From Ostrea edulis (Eukaryota), in assembly GCF_947568905.1 (NCBI RefSeq), contig NC_079168.1, positions 49,414,001 through 49,478,000 on the forward strand: DNA of 64,000 bases. Reading direction: 5' to 3'. The first letter of the stretch is position 1. Each line of letters starts with the position of its first letter. The notes under the pieces were generated by a model. The model saw only the letters and a program-made list of their open reading frames with translations, searched no databases and had not been told where the DNA came from. Made by a program: the position numbers and the translations under genes. Shown piece after piece: positions 61,585-64,000 of the stretch.

Positions 61585-62541
61585 CTGTCAATGGAGTCAA
61601 AGGATTTTCCTTATTAGGGTCTAAAAGGCATTGTAATGAAATAAAATTTATTTTAAAAAAAAAGAGTTCTTCCACCTATGATGAAAGTTTGATTTTTTGC
61701 GTTCGTAAAACCTGGGGGGTGGGGGGGGGGATGCTGTACTTAATACATTTTTTCACTTGAGGTGAGTGGAATGCATTGACTTAAAGTGGTGCTTGCTAAA
61801 AGTCATTAATGCATGTGATTATTGCATAAATATTACTAGTTGCACAAAATGGAGATTACCTTGGAGCTAAAAAGCACCACACAACCATATAAAAATACAA
61901 AAATAAATAAATTTATAAATATTTGCCATGGCACAAATGCAGTCAAACAGCTATAACATGTACTACACTTATATTTTCAAAATAAATTGATAATTGATCA
62001 ACATTTTCATAGAATAAAGCTGTAAAAACTGCAAGTTTTAAGTCAACTTAAACAGCATTTGCACAAATTGTAAACTACGTATTGCTTAAACAAGTGTAAA
62101 ATCTTGGAAACTTGCACATGGATTTTGTCATATACATGTACTTCAAGTCTTAGCTTATTGATCATTCCTCGTACAACAATTATATAAAAAAAACATATAT
62201 ATCTGGAATGAAAATAGAGAAAAAAGCAAATCCAAAGTGATTTATACTATAGATAATTTTCATTTTGCCAGGCCTTATTTTCAATATGGATACAATGATG
62301 TATTTATCCACGAGACATAATTTTCATCGCACTATTTCCTGCTTTAAATCTTCTAAGTGTAAGAGTTAATTTGCAAGAACTAAATTTTCACGAATAGATA
62401 GTCTCATGAAATTACATGTAAATAACGTTCTGACAAATAAAATGTGATTTAGATTAGTATACAGCTTTACGTTTGCTCTGGTTCTTTACATGGGTTTCAT
62501 GTCCATTGTGTATAGATGTTATGGCTGGGTTATATTTACTG

Positions 62542-63215
62542 CAGTGATTGGGAAGGCCAAAATGGCCTATGGGACTATGGCCCATCGGTTCAAGTTCAGA
62601 TTTAATGGGCCATCAACATATTTTGAATGACCATTTTCAATAAATAGCAAATGTGCAGTGGAACGTTATTGTTTTAATTGAAACATTGAACCATGACCGC
62701 GATCTTTTCCGCCGCTCTTGAAAATGTTTCTACTTTGTTTCAATGTCCCCTTCTCAATGGTATCATTGCTTTTACCGGAATTAGTATTTGAAGATGGTCT
62801 CTCGTGGTTTTTTATTTTTTTGTTTTTGTTTTTTGGTTTTTTTCCATTATTTGGGTTTTTTTTTTTTCATTTTCTGTCGTTTCTATATCTGTCCTTGGAC
62901 TTCCGAAACTTAAACGCTAAAGTATAAGCATGAGAAGACGTGATGAGATGTGATGTAAGAGGAAATAGTTTATTGGTTATCTATTTTGATTTGTATTGCT
63001 TCAACCAATGAGATTCGGTGTATCAGAATACATAGGAATTAAAAATGAAAGTACAAAAATAAGTAAGTCGTACCCAATTCATTCTAGAAAAAAAAACAAC
63101 GCAAGTTACAATCAATAATGAATGCGCACTTTGGCGCATGGATTAGATAATTTAATGCGCCAATTTTCACCTGAATGGGACTATGGCACAGGGCGCATGG
63201 CCTTCCCAATCACTG
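62542..63215. mobile_element. 674-bp non-autonomous DNA element with 18-bp TIRs and apparent 6-bp TSD
   Basis: CAGTGATTGGGAAGGCCA and TGGCCTTCCCAATCACTG, with TTACTG on both flanks. Confidence 0.8.
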
Positions 63216-63805
63216 TTACTGCAGTTTTACATCATGGATTTGGCCTATAGTAGATGTAGAGAAATTTAAATTGCAGTGAAAATAAGTCTATACAATATTA
63301 ATTAGCACACTCAAAATACATAGAACTCTTGGAATGCTTTGCTTGAAATATTCAAAAAACAATATACAAAAATGTTTATAAAAATATCAAAATACATGTA
63401 GGTTCTTTTGAATGTAATCTTAAGACATGTGATAAGTTTTGATATAACACCAATACTTTTGTTTTCAGTCTGTTATATGTCCCATGAGTTCAGCCACTTT
63501 AATCCTGCCATTTTGCTACCTTCCTCTAAAGCCATTGGTCCATCCATACCATAGGTCAAGGGAGAAAATAGGTAGAAACTTTAAAATCAAAGAAGCAGCC
63601 TATTAATGAAATGCATTGGGTACATAGCAAACACATTCTAATGAGTAAATCCACAAAATGTGTAGAAAAGGTTAATTTCTTTGAAATTGAAAGTTCCTGA
63701 GACTAAATAATACATAGGTAAAATTGCAAATATGTTTAACATATCATTGGATATTCATATGTTTAAAATATGTTAAATATACGATTTTATCATCTTATGG
63801 TGAAC

Positions 63806-63900
63806 CATCGTCGGAAACCCACGGTTGATTACGCTTCGTTCCTCTCTCCATCAGATGGAGAGAGGAACGAAGCATAATCAACCGTGGGTTTCCGACGATG
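63806..63900. mobile_element. 95-bp near-perfect palindromic micro-MITE with 9-bp TSD
   Basis: 47-bp arms (CATCGTCGGAAACCCACGG...), one CpG-type mismatch and a 1-nt centre; TSD ATGGTGAAC at 63797-63805 and 63901-63909. Confidence 0.92.
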
Positions 63901-64000
63901 ATGGTGAACATGTTTTGAACATGTTTAACATATGTTTGAAACTTATGTTGACCATACTGCAAACTTCAAACATATGATTAACGCAAGGTGAAAAATTCTT

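Overview
This is AT-rich eukaryotic DNA, inferred to be a bivalve, most likely an oyster (Crassostrea/Magallana), from Cg170/HindIII-like satellite units inside HINE elements. Four spliced genes were assembled by hand, each with GT-AG introns and consistent phases. They are ARP2 (minus, 8 exons, 394 aa), neudesin/NENF (plus, 4 exons, 155 aa, head-to-head with ARP2 and 187 bp apart), a GT7 beta-1,4-GalNAc/Gal transferase (plus, 7 exons, 374 aa), and a divergent cysteine-free COX20-like gene (plus, 4 exons, 113 aa) that the ORF track misses. The rest is mostly repeats: degenerate Tc1 and RTE copies, many HINE-like elements, several MITEs, three satellite arrays, a 1.7-kb foldback and a 7.4-kb segment bounded by ~520-bp inverted repeats. 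There is one N gap (48053-48180). The most notable observations are the Cys-less COX20, a family of 74-95-bp CAT...ATG hairpin MITEs with 9-bp target-site duplications (TSDs), one of which looks like a pre-miRNA in an ARP2 intron, and a satellite built from the A-box head of a tRNA-SINE. Reference sequences are recalled from memory; no database searches were run.
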